Below, piece after piece: positions 23,170 to 34,901 of a stretch of 37,315 bases of DNA; the stretch's first letter is position 1, and each line of letters opens with the position of its first letter. Both the position numbers and the translations under genes were made by a program. The stretch lies in contig NC_057719.1 in NCBI RefSeq assembly GCF_004010195.1, positions 80,659,442 through 80,696,756 of the forward strand, read 5' to 3'. Source of the DNA: Chiloscyllium plagiosum (Eukaryota). The notes beneath the pieces are model-generated. The model made no database searches, had not been told where the DNA came from, and saw nothing but the letters and a program-made list of their open reading frames with translations.

Positions 23170-24475
23170 CGTCATACATTAAATGGAGAGAGACTACAAA
23201 AAGCTACAGCGGAGAGGCATTTGTGGGTGTGGGGGGTGAGGGGGGGTGTCCTTGTGCATAAATCACAGAAACCTAGCATCCAAGTTTAGCAGGTGAGAGG
23301 GAAAGCAAATGGAATTAAGTCCTTAATTTCAAAGGGAATGGAATATTGAAGCAGGGAGGTTTAGCTAAAACTAGACAAGGTACTGGTCAGCCCACAGTTG
23401 GAATATCATGAACAGTTTTGGGCCCCTTATCTAAGGAAATATGTTCTGACACTGGAGAGAGTTCAGAGAAGGTTCACTAGATTGATGCTGCCAATGCAGG
23501 GGCTGGCCTTTAGAGAAGAGGTTGAGTAGATTGGGCCTGTACTCATTGGAAATTAGAGAAATGACAGACGAACTAATTAAAACATACAAAATTCTTAGGG
23601 GGCTTGAAACGGTAGATATGCAAAGGTTGTTTCCCCTTGTGGGGGAATCTATGACCAGACGGTCGCCAATTTACAAACGTTAGACTTACAAAATCAATCT
23701 CATACAGGGTGCAATTTTAAAGATCCGATCTAGGAACATTTCCTATACTTATGAACAGCTCCTTTATGCTTGTCCCGCATTGTGTCTGACTTGCGTACAA
23801 ATTGACTTGCAACCAGGCTCCAGAATGGAACTCATTCCCAACCCCCAGACTGCCTGTAAATTTGGAATAAGGGGCCACACATTTAAGAGAGATAAAGGGG
23901 AATGTGTTCTCTCCAAGGCAGTGAATCTGCAGAATTCTTTACGAGAGAAGGCTGTGACGGTTTGGCCGTTAATTATATCCAAGGCAGAGACAGACAGATT
24001 TTTGAGCAGTAAAAGAACGAAGGGTATAAGGGAAAGGCAGGAAGGTGGAGCTGAGGATTATCAGATCAGCGGCACGATGGCTCAGTGGTTAGCGCTGCTG
24101 CCTCACAGCACCAAGGACCCAGGTTTGAATCCAGCCTTGGGTGACTGAATGTGTGGAGTTTGCACATTCTCCCAGTGTCTGCGTGGGTTTCCTCTGGGTA
24201 CTCGAGTTTCCTCCCACAGTCCAAAGATGTGCAGGTTAGGTGAATTGGCCATGCTAAATTGCCCATAGTGTTCAGGGATATGTAGGTTAGATGCATTAGT
24301 CGGGGTAAATATAGAATAATGGGAAAGGGGAATGGGCCTGGGTGGGTTGCTCTTCGGAGGGTCGGTGTGGACTTGTTGGACCAAAGGGCCTGTTACCACA
24401 CTGTAGGGATTCTATTCTATCATCGCATTGAATGGTGGAGCAGACTTGATTGAATGAATGACCTACTTCTTATGG
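23170..24475 (+). mobile_element. Old CR1-like LINE 3' part with nested MITE (~23660-23856) and SINE
   Basis: LDKVLVSPQLEYHEQFWAPYLRK and LSRLGLYSLE motifs; MITE ends GACTGCCTG|TA. Confidence 0.7.
24069..24420 (+). mobile_element. HE1-like V-SINE, full length
   Basis: A box TGGCTCAGTGG, B box GGTTTGAATCC, ATTCT tail. Confidence 0.93.
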
Positions 24476-24796
24476 CCTTATCTTTGTGAAGACACCATAA
24501 TGGTAAAGGAAAACTAAATTTTACATTGAAAGCAGTATGTAGAACAGCAGCAACTTTAACAGCTTTCAGCTTCAGTAGTACAACAAAGATGTAATAACAA
24601 TTTAAACAAGGAATCAAAATGAATGGAGTATACAGGGAGATCAAAATTCTAACAATGATCATCCCATTCAAGAAAATAATCAACAACTTCAAGAGTTGAT
24701 CAACAATCTGCCAAGGCAACAAAATTCAATGAAACTTCCAAGATTTTGAAAGCATTGGTCACAAAATCAAATGAAGAATATATTAGTTCATTTTGC

Positions 24797-26721
24797 GGGG
24801 TAAAAACAATGACTGCAGATGCAGGAAACCAGATTCTGGATTAATGGTGTTGGAAGAGCACAGCAGTTCAGGCAGCATCTGGTGTGTTTTGTGGTGGAAC
24901 TGGTCCTCCTGGGAGCAGATACGGCGGAGGTGGAGGAATTGGGAATACGGGATGGCATTTTTGCAGGAGGTAGGGTGGGAAGAGGTGTCATCCAAGTAGC
25001 TGTGGGAAGAGGTGGGTTTGTAGAAAATGTTGTGTCAAGTCGGTCGTCATTAATGGAGATGGAAAGGTCCAGGAAGGGGAGGGAGGTGTCACAGATGGTC
25101 CAGGTAAATTTAAGATCAGGGTGGAATGTGTTGGTGAAGTTGATGAATTGCTCAACCTCCTCGCAGGAGCACGAGGTGGCGCCAATGCAGTCATCAATGT
25201 AGCGGAGGAAGAGGTGGGGAGTGGTGCCGGTGTAATTACGGAAGATGGACTGTTCTACATAGCTAACAAAGAGACAGGCATCGCTGGGGCCCATATGGGT
25301 GCCCATGGCTACCCCTTTGGTCTGGAGGAAGTGGGAGGATTCGAAGGAGAAATTGTTAAGGGTGAGGACAAGTTCGGCCAAACGAATGAGAGTGTCGGTG
25401 GAAGGGTACTGTTGGGGACGTCGGGATAGGAAGAAACAGAGGGCTTGGAGGCCCTGGTCATGGCGGATGGAGGTGCAGAGGGATTGGATATCCATGGTGA
25501 AGATGAGGGGTTGGGGGCCGGGGAAACGGAAGTCTTGGAGGAGGTGGAGGGCATGGGTGGTGTCTCGAACGTATGTGGGAAATTCCTGGACTGGGAGGGA
25601 TAGGACAGTGTCGAGGTAGGTAGAGATGAGTTCAGAGGGGCAGGATCATGCTGAGACAATGGGTCGTCCAGGGTGGTCAGGCTTGTGGATCTTGGGAAGG
25701 AGGTAGAACCGGGCAGTGCGGAGTTCCCGGACTATGAGGCTGGAAGCTGTGGGTGGGAGATCTCCTGAGGTGATGAGGTTATGGATGGTCTAGGGGATGA
25801 TGGTTTGGTGATGGGGGGTGGGGTCATGGTCAAGAGGGACCAGTAGGAGGAGGTGTCCTCGAGTTGGCGTCTAGCTTCAGCGGTGTAGAGGTCAGTGCGG
25901 CAGACTACCACTGTGCCCCCTTTATCTGGTAGTTTGATGGTGAGGTTGGGATTGGAACAGAGAGATTAGAGGGCTGCATGTTGTGAGGGTGAGGGGTAGG
26001 AGTGGGGGAGGCGGGTGGACAGGTTGAGGCAGTTAATGTCCCAGTGACAGTTGGAAATGAAGAGGTCGAGGGCGGGTAATAGGCCAACATGGAGTATCCA
26101 GGTGGATGCAGTGTGTTGGAGGTGGGCGAAGGGGTCCTCAGAAGGTGGGCGGGAGTTCTGATTGTAAAAGTAAGCTCGGAGGCGGAGGCGACGGAAGATG
26201 TGTTCGACGTCACGACGTGATTTAAATTCATTGATGCGTGGACGAAGGGCGATAAAGGTAAGGCCTTTGCTGAGGACTGATTTTTCGTCCTCAGTGAGAG
26301 GGAGATCTGAGGTGATGGTGAAAACTCGGCAGGGCTGGGAGCTAGGACCCGGTGTGGGGGCAGAGCCTGTAACTGGAGTGGGTGTGGTGGTGGGGGGAAT
26401 GGGGGTAGAGTCATGAGCAGGGGTGGTGTTCCCCTCAGGGTTCTGAGGGTCGGGGATGGTGACAGTGGGATCTATGGGGAGCATGTCAGCAGAATGCAGG
26501 CGAGTGGCGTTGGTGGGGGTGAAAGTGGTGGCAAACATGGCAGTGGGGGGGGCAGAAGTCACTGAGTGTGTGACATCAGCAATTATGAGAGGGGCGGAAG
26601 TGATGTCACGTGTGGTGCATGAGGAATTGTGAGGGGTGGAAGTGGCTGTGGAAGCAGCCATGATGGGGGCAGAAATAATGTCATCAATCAGCGTGGGGGT
26701 GGCAGCTGCACCAGTCGCATG
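24797..26721 (-). mobile_element. Penelope-like retroelement, frameshifted RT, endonuclease deleted
   Basis: LTEDEKSVLSKGLTF; MDIQSLCTSI; QTKGVAMGTHMGP; RYIDD; AIPYSQFLHLRRICS; terminus at 24797-24879; GTTCATT at 24786-24792 and 26722-26728. Confidence 0.93.
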
Positions 26722-27258
26722 GTTCATTCATGAAACGATTGCCAGGAGAGAAAAAAAAAATCTGGCTCACTAATGACCTTTTAGGAAAGAAACTGTCATC
26801 CTTAGCTAGCCTGGCCTACATGTGCCTCCAGACACACTGGTAGACTCTCAACGACAGGCAATAAATGTTGGCCTGCTTTATTAATGCACAATCTACAGCT
26901 GTGGTGAATTGTCACAGGTATGGCTTCAAACCCCACACCAATAATAAAATTATCCATTTTTCCATCAGTGTATTTACTGAAGGAAAAGAGGCCGCTTTTC
27001 AAAGATGTCTAACAAAGTCTAAAGACGTGGCAAGCGTCAAACCAAATCCTTCCAATGTATAGTCATCCCTTTACTGCAATGGTCAATACTGCAATGGAAC
27101 AAGTTTCTTCACATTGGAAACAACTACCTAAACGTGAACAAGATCACTCTATTCTTAGAATGCTAACACCCTCACCCAGTCCAGATGCTGCTGACCTAGC
27201 AGAACAAACAATCCACATTCTCTACATTTCTGCAGTTACAATACAAGACTGTTCGGAA

Positions 27259-27692
27259 GCATTGGCAATCTAACAGAGGCTAGCAGGAGGCACTGGTAAT
27301 CTGACAGAGGCCAGCAGGAGGCACTGACAATCTGACAGAGGCCAGCAGGAGGCACTGCCAATCTGACGGAGGCAAGCAGGAGGTGCTGGTAATCTAACAG
27401 AGGCCTGCAGGAGGCACTGCCAATCTAACCGAGGTCAGCCGGAGGCACTGATAATCTAACAGAGGCCAGCAGGAGGCACTGGTAATCTGATAGAGGCCAG
27501 CAGGAGGCACTGCCAATCTGACAGATGCCAGCAGGAGGCACTGGTAATCTATCAGAGGCCAATAGGAGGCGCTGACAATCTGACAGAGGCCAGCCGGAGG
27601 CACTGGTAATCTGACAGAGGCCAGCAGGAGGCACTGGTAATCTAACAGAGGCCAGCAGGAGGCGCTGGCAATCTAATAGAGGCCAGCAGGGA
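27259..27692. repeat. Minisatellite, 14 x 31 bp
   Basis: Unit GCACTGGTAATCTGACAGAGGCCAGCAGGAG, head-to-tail, substitutions only. Confidence 0.97.
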
Positions 27693-29136
27693 AAAAGGAG
27701 GCTCACCTCAAGTGTTTCTATTCCTTGTTACAGACTTTTCTGTCTCTCTGCTCGACATCGATGAATTAGGTCAAAGACCGGGGGACTGGTGGAAGAAGAA
27801 AGGAAAACAATGTACATTAAATGTTCCAGAAAGAAGTATTCTAGATAACTGATTTGAAAAGGTACATAAATGTTTATGACCAGGGTAAAAAAAAGCCTGT
27901 GAAATGTGGATGATAGAACCACACTCAGAAAAGCATGTGGGGGTACAGATACTAGTATTGGGAGGTAGAGATTATGGGTTAGTCTTCTGTTAATGTAACA
28001 GTAAGGTTAGAGCTGGTATATCTTCAATTAATATTGAATGTGCATTAATACTTAATGAACAGTCTTGTCAAGAAGCCCAAAAGTGAAGACAGCTGTTGAC
28101 TCTCCCTTTTATTCAAACAACTCACTGATGTGGACCTGAAACCACGTGACAAAAGAAAATCTCTCACTTTGAACACCTTATGTCAAACATTGTCAGGTAA
28201 CACCTCTGAAGTGCCTGTGACAATTTATTATGGTGTAAGGGCCATATGAATGCAAGTTGTTGTTGAAGCTAGTAAAGGGTTTTGACATGCCTGAAATTAA
28301 AACCTTTGGATTTCAACAGGGCAGCCTAGCGAGCCAATTAAATGAATCCCCTGAAGTGCAGTAGGGTATTACAATTCTTGAAAATAAGACATATGAAACT
28401 TTATTACTGTTTTACTCCTTACATATTGCACATTTAAAACGATAAAAATAAAAAGCCTCCATTTATAAAACTTGGCTGTCATATAGAAGGACGTCTTCCT
28501 AACAGTGAGACATTAGATAAAGATTGAAATCTGGCTCAGGGAGGCGGAATTTCAGAACAATGGATGGCTCTTATATCATACATGCTGTTCTGTTTGGAGA
28601 TAAGTAAAGTGAGAGGGAAAGGCAATTACGCCAACCAAAGAGGAATTGTACATGTTACTGAAGTACATCTAGTGATAAAGTGGTCCAATGGGTAATAGAC
28701 AGCAAATCTAATTATTTAACCTGATATAAAAATCCACAAAGCACATATTAAATCAGTAGGATCCCTGAGCATGGTATCATGAGAATATTTTGAATGCAGG
28801 AAGACTCACACTCCCACTGTAGCTTATTGCTTGACAAATGTATATATAATTGGAATGAGAAGTGTGGAGGAGTGAAGTATACATATACAACATATAAATA
28901 TGACAAGAAGGAAAAGCCACCAGCTCTAAGGCAAGGTACTTCCCAACTCCACTACAACTTTGGAGAGGCAAAAAGTAAAGGCTCAGCCAAACGAAAGTTC
29001 TTTGCCCCCAAAGGATGAAATCCATGAGGTGACATAGATATGTCAGTCTTCGCGCAAAAATCCAATCTGACACACTCTAGGAGTGCTGCAGAATTGCAGG
29101 CGCCATCTTTTGGATCAGACCCCACCAGTTTTCTCA

Positions 29137-29447
29137 GGCACGGTGGCACAGTGGTTAGCACTGCTGCCTCACAGCACCAGCGACGTGGGTTCAATTCCCG
29201 CCTCAGGCGGCTGACTGTGTGGAGTTTGCACATTCTCCCCGTGTCTGCGTGGGTTTCCTCCGGGTTGTCCGGTTTCCTCCCACAGTCCAAAGATGTGCAG
29301 GTCAGGTGAATTGGCCATGCAAAATTGTCCGTAGTGTTAGGTAAGGGGTAAATGTAGGGGTACGGGTGGTTTGCGCTTCGGCGGGTCGGTGTGGACTTGT
29401 TGGGCCGAAGGGCCTGTTTCCACACTGTAAAGTAATCTAATCTAATC
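29137..29447 (+). mobile_element. HE1-like V-SINE, young
   Basis: A box 29144-29154, B box GGTTCAATTCC 29188-29198, (TAATC)n tail; closely similar to 11386-11696. Confidence 0.95.
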
Positions 29448-29504
29448 AAACGGGAGCCAAGGGTGTTATCCTCACTGTCCTGCTTAATATTTATCACTCA
29501 ATCA

Positions 29505-29730
29505 ACTTTGATTTATTTATTGTTACATGTTGCAAAACACAGTGTGTAGTGTCGCCACTGAAAACGCAGAAAAAATGTAGAACTTAAAGGCAGAGAAATG
29601 ACGGAAGTGTCCAACTTTACAGCCGTTCTTGTTAAGTGCTCTGCCATGGTCATGGGCCTGGTGGCCAGGCATGGTCACTGTGCTGGCAGTGGAACACAAG
29701 TCTTTAATGCCTTCTCCGCTCCACCGACCT
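29505..29730 (-). mobile_element. Short Rex1-tail element
   Basis: TTTATTGTTACATGT..CAGTG..GTCGCCAC tail resembling 4290-4370. Confidence 0.45.
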
Positions 29731-30049
29731 CACAATAAAACAGATTATTTGGTTTTCATCACATTGCTGATTCTGGGAGCTACTGTGCACAAGTTGACAT
29801 AAAGCAGTGACTACACTCACTTTGAAAACACTGAATTGGCTATAGGCACTTTGGCGTGCCCTCACGTCAAGAAAGGTGCCACATAAACAAAAGTTCTTCT
29901 TTCTTGAATAGCTATTCAACTAATTAGAATGACGTTCAAGCTAACTCTGATAACCAGCTGGTCCTTGTTCTGTCTGCTGAGAAAGCAGAGAGTGGAGAGA
30001 ATGTGAAAAAGTATTAATGCAAACTATTGCCAGTATAGGCTCCACCTAA

Positions 30050-30178
30050 ACAAAATGAACAATTGTGGGTGCTGGAACTCTGAAACAAACCACATAGAAA
30101 TTGCTGGAGAAACTCCGGTCTGGTAGCTATGTGGAGAGATAGGTGAGTAAACGTTTGGAGTTCAGTGGCACTTCTTCC
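30050..30178 (-). mobile_element. Penelope-terminus half element, degraded
   Basis: Homologous to the left arm at 9850-9922. Confidence 0.5.
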
Positions 30179-30789
30179 CTTCTCGGCTCCACCCAAAGTG
30201 GTCCATCTCTCACGGCACAAATAATGTGAAGGTTTTGCCCCATTTCTAAAAGTAATGAAACAAAATTTCACGATATCTGAGCCCTTTTGGATAACAGAAT
30301 GTAGACAGCTGCAGAATACTCATCCGCTATTGGCAGCTGCTCATGCTCACTCACACAGTCTGATTGTACGCTCCCTTCCAGCTCAGTCTCAGAAAGGCCA
30401 CATTTTTACATTTTATGCATTCATCAAACATCTACTTTTAAGGAGCAGTATGCATCCTGGAAGAAAGGAAAATTTGTCCCAAAGATTATACGCAATGCAA
30501 TTTGATGCTTGTTTAGTTCTCCAAGAATTGTTTAGTTGGTACACATGCCTAATTATTGGATTATTAAATTTGGCTGTGTACATAACTAGATTCTCATACA
30601 TGGGTTTTGGAAGGTCTTGGGGGATAATATTTGATTGATTACAAAATGTACCACCCAAAATGATGTCTTAAGGAATTGCTGGGAAAATGAAATAGGATCT
30701 CATGTGAGATGAATCCAAAGCACACTCTTGCCAACAGTCTTGGGAGAAATGCAAAGCCTAGTTTTATAGCCTGTATCTAGTTGCACAGA

Positions 30790-31104
30790 TGGTGTAGTGG
30801 CTCAGTGGTTAGCACTGCTACCTCACTGCACCAGGGACCTAGGCTCAATCCCAGCCTCGGGTGACTGTCTGTGTGGAGTTTGCACATTCTTCTGCATCTG
30901 CATGGGTTTCCTCCCACAGTCCAAAGATGTGCAGGTTAGGTAAATGGGCCATGCTAAATTGCCCATAGTGTCACAAGGATGTGTAGGTTAGGTGCATTAG
31001 TCAGGGGTAAATGTAGAGTAATGGGTCTGGGTGGGATACTCTTCAGAGGGTCGGTGTGAATTTGTTGGGTCAAAGGGCCTGTTTCCACGCTGCAGAGATT
31101 CTAA
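30790..31104 (+). mobile_element. HE1-like V-SINE
   Basis: Head, central block and tail present. Confidence 0.9.
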
Positions 31105-31320
31105 GATGTCTCATTCATGAAATAAACCGCATTGTGTTTACTTGACAAGATACCACATAACCCATACACTTAAATGATCGCAGAACACAACATTGGTCAA
31201 TTAGCTTAATGCAGGCTATAGGAATGACAGTACAATGCCAGAATCAATTATGAAATAGAATAATATAATAAAGAATAATCAGCATAGATACCAAAAGGTA
31301 AAGGTAATTACTGAATTTGG

Positions 31321-32260
31321 GGTGGCAAGTGGCTCAGTGGTTAGCACTGCTACCTCACAGCTACCTCACAGGGATCTTGGTTCGATTCCACCCTTGGGCA
31401 ACTGTCTCGGGAACATAGAACAGTACAGGCCCTTTGGCCCTCAATGTTGTGCCGTCCTTTTATCCTACTCTAAGATCAGACTAACCTACATACCCTTCAT
31501 TGTACTATCATCCATTTGCCTATCCAAGAGTCGCTTAAATGGCCCTAATGTACCTGACTCTACTACAACTGCTGGCAGTGCATTCCACACACCCACCGCT
31601 CTCTGTATAAAGAACCGGCTTCCCCTAAACCTTCCTCCATTCATCTTTAAATTATGGCCTTTGTGATAGCCATTCCCACCCTGGAAAAAAGTCTCTGACT
31701 ATTCATTCTATCTAAGCCTCTCATCATCTTGTACACCTCTATCAAGTCACCTCTCATCCTTTTTCACGCCAATGAGAAAAGCCTTAGCTCCCGCAACCTT
31801 TCTTCATAAGACTTGCCCTCCAGTTCAGGCAGCACCCTGATAAATCTCCTCTGCACCCTCTCTGAAGCTTCCACATCCTTCCTATAATGAGGCGACCAGA
31901 ACTGAACACAATATTCCAAGTGTGATCTAACCAGGACTCTGTAAAGCTGCAGCATAGCCTCATGGCTCTTAAACTCAATCACCCTACTAATGAAAGCCAT
32001 CACACCATATGCCTTCTTAACAACCCTATCAAGTTTTCACATTTTCGTTTTAGTGTGCGTTTCCTTCAGGTGCTCCAGTTTCCTCCCACATTACAAATAT
32101 GTACTGGTTAGGTGGATTGGCCATGGGAAATTGTTCATAGTGTCCAGGGAAACGTGGGTTTAGAGGATCAGCTATGGGAATTGCAGGGTCACAGGAATAG
32201 GGTGGGTCTGGATTGGATACTCTTCGTCTGCTTCCACACTCCAGGAATTCTATGAATTCT
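31321..32260 (+). mobile_element. HE1-like SINE split by a CR1 insertion
   Basis: Head at 31321-31408, body resumes at ~32032. Confidence 0.7.
31411..32031 (-). mobile_element. CR1-like LINE 3' end (second subfamily)
   Basis: ORF 31764..32003 LVRSHLEYCVQFWSPHYRKDVEA; tail GTTCTATGTTC. Confidence 0.9.
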
Positions 32261-32440
32261 TTGAAGAAATAATGGAAAAGGTGGATAGGGTTAGTGCAAT
32301 TGAAGTAATATATTTGGATTTATAAAAATACTTCAAAATGATATTATGTAGGAAAGCTCAAGACAGAAATCAGAGCTTGTAAATTGAGTAAACCAACAAC
32401 AGAGTAGAGAAAAGGCTAGCAATAAGAGAGAAACAGAATA

Positions 32441-32587
32441 CAGAACAATCTCGATTATCTATACAAGACAGGCTGGGAGTATTTTGTTCACATAACTGAT
32501 TGGATAATGTTTTTATGGGACCTTGAGACCTTGTTTGGATAATCCGAAATTCGGATAATTGATGTTTGGATAACCGAGGTTGTTCTG
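32441..32587. mobile_element. Tigger-like MITE (same family as 5965-6126)
   Basis: TIRs CAGAACAATCTCGATTATC / GATAACCGAGGTTGTTCTG, TA on both sides, shared GGGAGTATTTTGTTC and GGATAATCCGAAATT. Confidence 0.8.
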
Positions 32588-32701
32588 TATAGGGTTGCTA
32601 CTTAAGTTTGCTACTTAACATCAATAAACAAAATGTTTATGAGAAATTGTTCAGATAGTATTGTGAACTTTTCATTTCCTCATGGATTGCCACTCTGACA
32701 T

Positions 32702-32888
32702 GTTATAGATTCTGGTGCACTCTGATACGTTATAGAGTCTGGTGCACTCTGATACGTTATAGAGTCTGGTACACTCTGATACGTTATAGAGTCTGGTGCA
32801 CTCTGATACGTTATAGAGTCTGGTGCACTCTGATACGTTATAGAGTCTGGTGCACTCTGATACGTTATAGAGTCTGGTGCACTCTGAT
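32702..32888. repeat. Minisatellite, ~7 x 27 bp
   Basis: Unit GTTATAGAGTCTGGTGCACTCTGATAC, nearly identical copies. Confidence 0.97.
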
Positions 32889-33634
32889 GAACCTTGATGC
32901 CCTCAGGATTCCCTCATCCTCGGTAAATCTACCTGTGGCAGCAAGATCAAACATGAGAGAAAGCTCACCAACTGCAATCTCGAAATGTCCCCAGTGCAGT
33001 GGGAACAAACCATAGAATTCCACAAATGGGAAATGTTCAGCACTGAGTGAGCACAATGCTGCAACAACAGAACATCTTAAAGCAGCCGATTGCTTAAAAA
33101 TACAGACAACCAGCAAACAAAAGGCAGCGTGTGAAATCTCATCGGGGTAACATTGCTGGAAACCAGCTTATCTTTGTGCCATCGCAAGCATTAAAGACTT
33201 CATAAAAGCATACAGAATTCCCTAGTTCACCTGACCTACAGACCCAGGTTAACAGAAAGCAGACAGCAGGTTTCGATACTTAACAGGAATGATTGTTATT
33301 ACAAATAAATAACGTCTGACCTCACGGTTATCAAGGTATGAGCCACTAACATATAGCTCTACTGGTTAAACTCTAACCCTCTTATAATCTCCCCACTGCG
33401 CATGTATACACACACTCACATTCACAAATAGACAGATAAGAACACAAAAAAAAAACTTAAGTGTTATTGGTGGAGGGAAAGACTGGGAAAGGGGCCCAAT
33501 GCTTCCTGTCCCCGGGGCTCGATGAGGTCAGGGGTCAGGATGCTCACAGCTCCTTGATCTTCAATCTCCAGATAGTTCCACTTGCTTTCAGGAGACACAG
33601 AGCAGTTGGTTCACACTTATAAAGTCTCTTAATT

Positions 33635-33890
33635 GATTGATTTTTTTGTTGTCACGTGTACTGAAGTACAGTGAAAAGCTTTGTTTATGAGCAGTACAGG
33701 TAGATCATAATAAGTAAGACTGTACGGAACAAAAGAGTTGGACAGAGGCATACAGGTCACATTGCACAGGGAGTACGAGAGAGACTAACGTTAGCAAGAT
33801 CAGCATTATTTGAGGCTAGATAGTCCCTGAACCTGCTGGTGCATGTGTTCAGGCTCTGTATCTTCCACCTGATAGAAGAGGTTGGAGGAC
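33635..33890 (-). mobile_element. Rex1-like LINE 3' end
   Basis: Homologous to 470-770. Confidence 0.6.
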
Positions 33891-34469
33891 GTCATAAAGA
33901 GCCACAGCTTATAATAACTGCAGAGGAGCAATAAACTGGCTTTCTTCAGGCTTCTACACTTGAACTAAGTGGCTTGATAGTCCATTTCAGAGATCAGTTG
34001 ATATATTGCAGTTGATATATTGTTGTGATCTAGAGTCACATGTAAACGTGATTGGCTAAGGATGACAGATTTCCTTCCCAGAAGGACATTGGCACAGAGA
34101 CTAGGGACAGCTCCATCCCTTTTTGAGATCTAATGGCTTCCCTTTCAAGCATTCACATTCATGAGCTACCTGACAGCCAATCATTCAGTAAGCTTCCACC
34201 ATTTTGCTGAGGTTGGGAAATCTGGTCGGCATGGACGAGTTGGACCAAAGGGTTGGTTTCCGGTCTGTGCATCTCAAAGACTTTATGACTTTAAGTTCAC
34301 AAACCCTTGAGACAGCTCTTGAGAAGATGTTACCAATGGTGCCAGCAAAACATTTTTGAAAGGATTAAACAACTCTTAAATCGCTTCCAAACTCTTAGCA
34401 CATTCTGATCAACATTTAGTTGTACTAGCAAATGAATCATCTCTAAGACCGTGGGCAATACTTTTTTAA

Positions 34470-34901
34470 GCTATAGGGGAGAGGCTCAACAGGCTGGGGC
34501 TGTTTTCCCTGGTGCGATGGAGGCTGAGGGATGACCTTACAGAGGTTTATAAAATCATGAGGGGCATGGAATAGGCAAGGTCTTGTCCCCTGGTTGGGGT
34601 AGTCCAAAACTGAAGGATATAAGTTAAAAGTGAGAGATAGGAAAGGTTTAAAAGGGATCTTACAGGCATCCTAATCATGGAAACGGTGATGGGCCTATGG
34701 AATGAGCTGCCAGAGGAAGTAGTGGAGGCTGGTACAATTACAACATTTAAAGTGTATCTGGATGGTTATATGACCTGGAAGGAGTTAGAGGGCCAAATGC
34801 TAGCAAGTGGGACGAGATTAATTTTGGATATCTAGTCGGCATGGACGATTTGGACCGAAGGGTCTGTGTCTGTGTTGTACATCTCTATGACTCTATGAGA
34901 C
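34470..34901 (+). mobile_element. CR1/HER1-like LINE 3' end
   Basis: Homologous to 2700-3126; tail CTCTATGACTCTATGA. Confidence 0.88.

Larger units (their letters stand above)
29040..29905 (+). mobile_element. DeuSINE (SacSINE1-like) split by two insertions
   Basis: GGAGTGCTGCA..CCATCTTT, then GTCCTG..AATATTTATC.CTCAATCAAC, then CAGATTAT..TCACATTGCTG..TGGGAG and a TTCTTTCTT tail. Confidence 0.55.

Noticed and set aside
24788..25495. Functional reverse transcriptase or telomerase-like host gene
   Set aside because: Penelope RT motifs with frameshifts and a deleted C-terminus
25966..26727. Mucin-like host exon
   Set aside because: In frame with Penelope N-terminal motifs (VLSKGLTF)
27259..27692. 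CRISPR-like array or repeat-coded protein
   Set aside because: Units are contiguous with no unique spacers, there are no cas genes, and the context is eukaryotic; the 31-bp period shifts frame and stop codons occur
29137..29210. tRNA gene
   Set aside because: The A/B boxes belong to a SINE head that continues into SINE body and tail; the same applies to the other copies
32702..32888. CRISPR array or 9-aa repeat protein
   Set aside because: No spacers; simple head-to-tail repeat with no supported coding context
32865..33116. Possible minus-strand coding exon with a GTGAG donor near 32968
   Set aside because: No recognisable protein and an ambiguous acceptor; insufficient support
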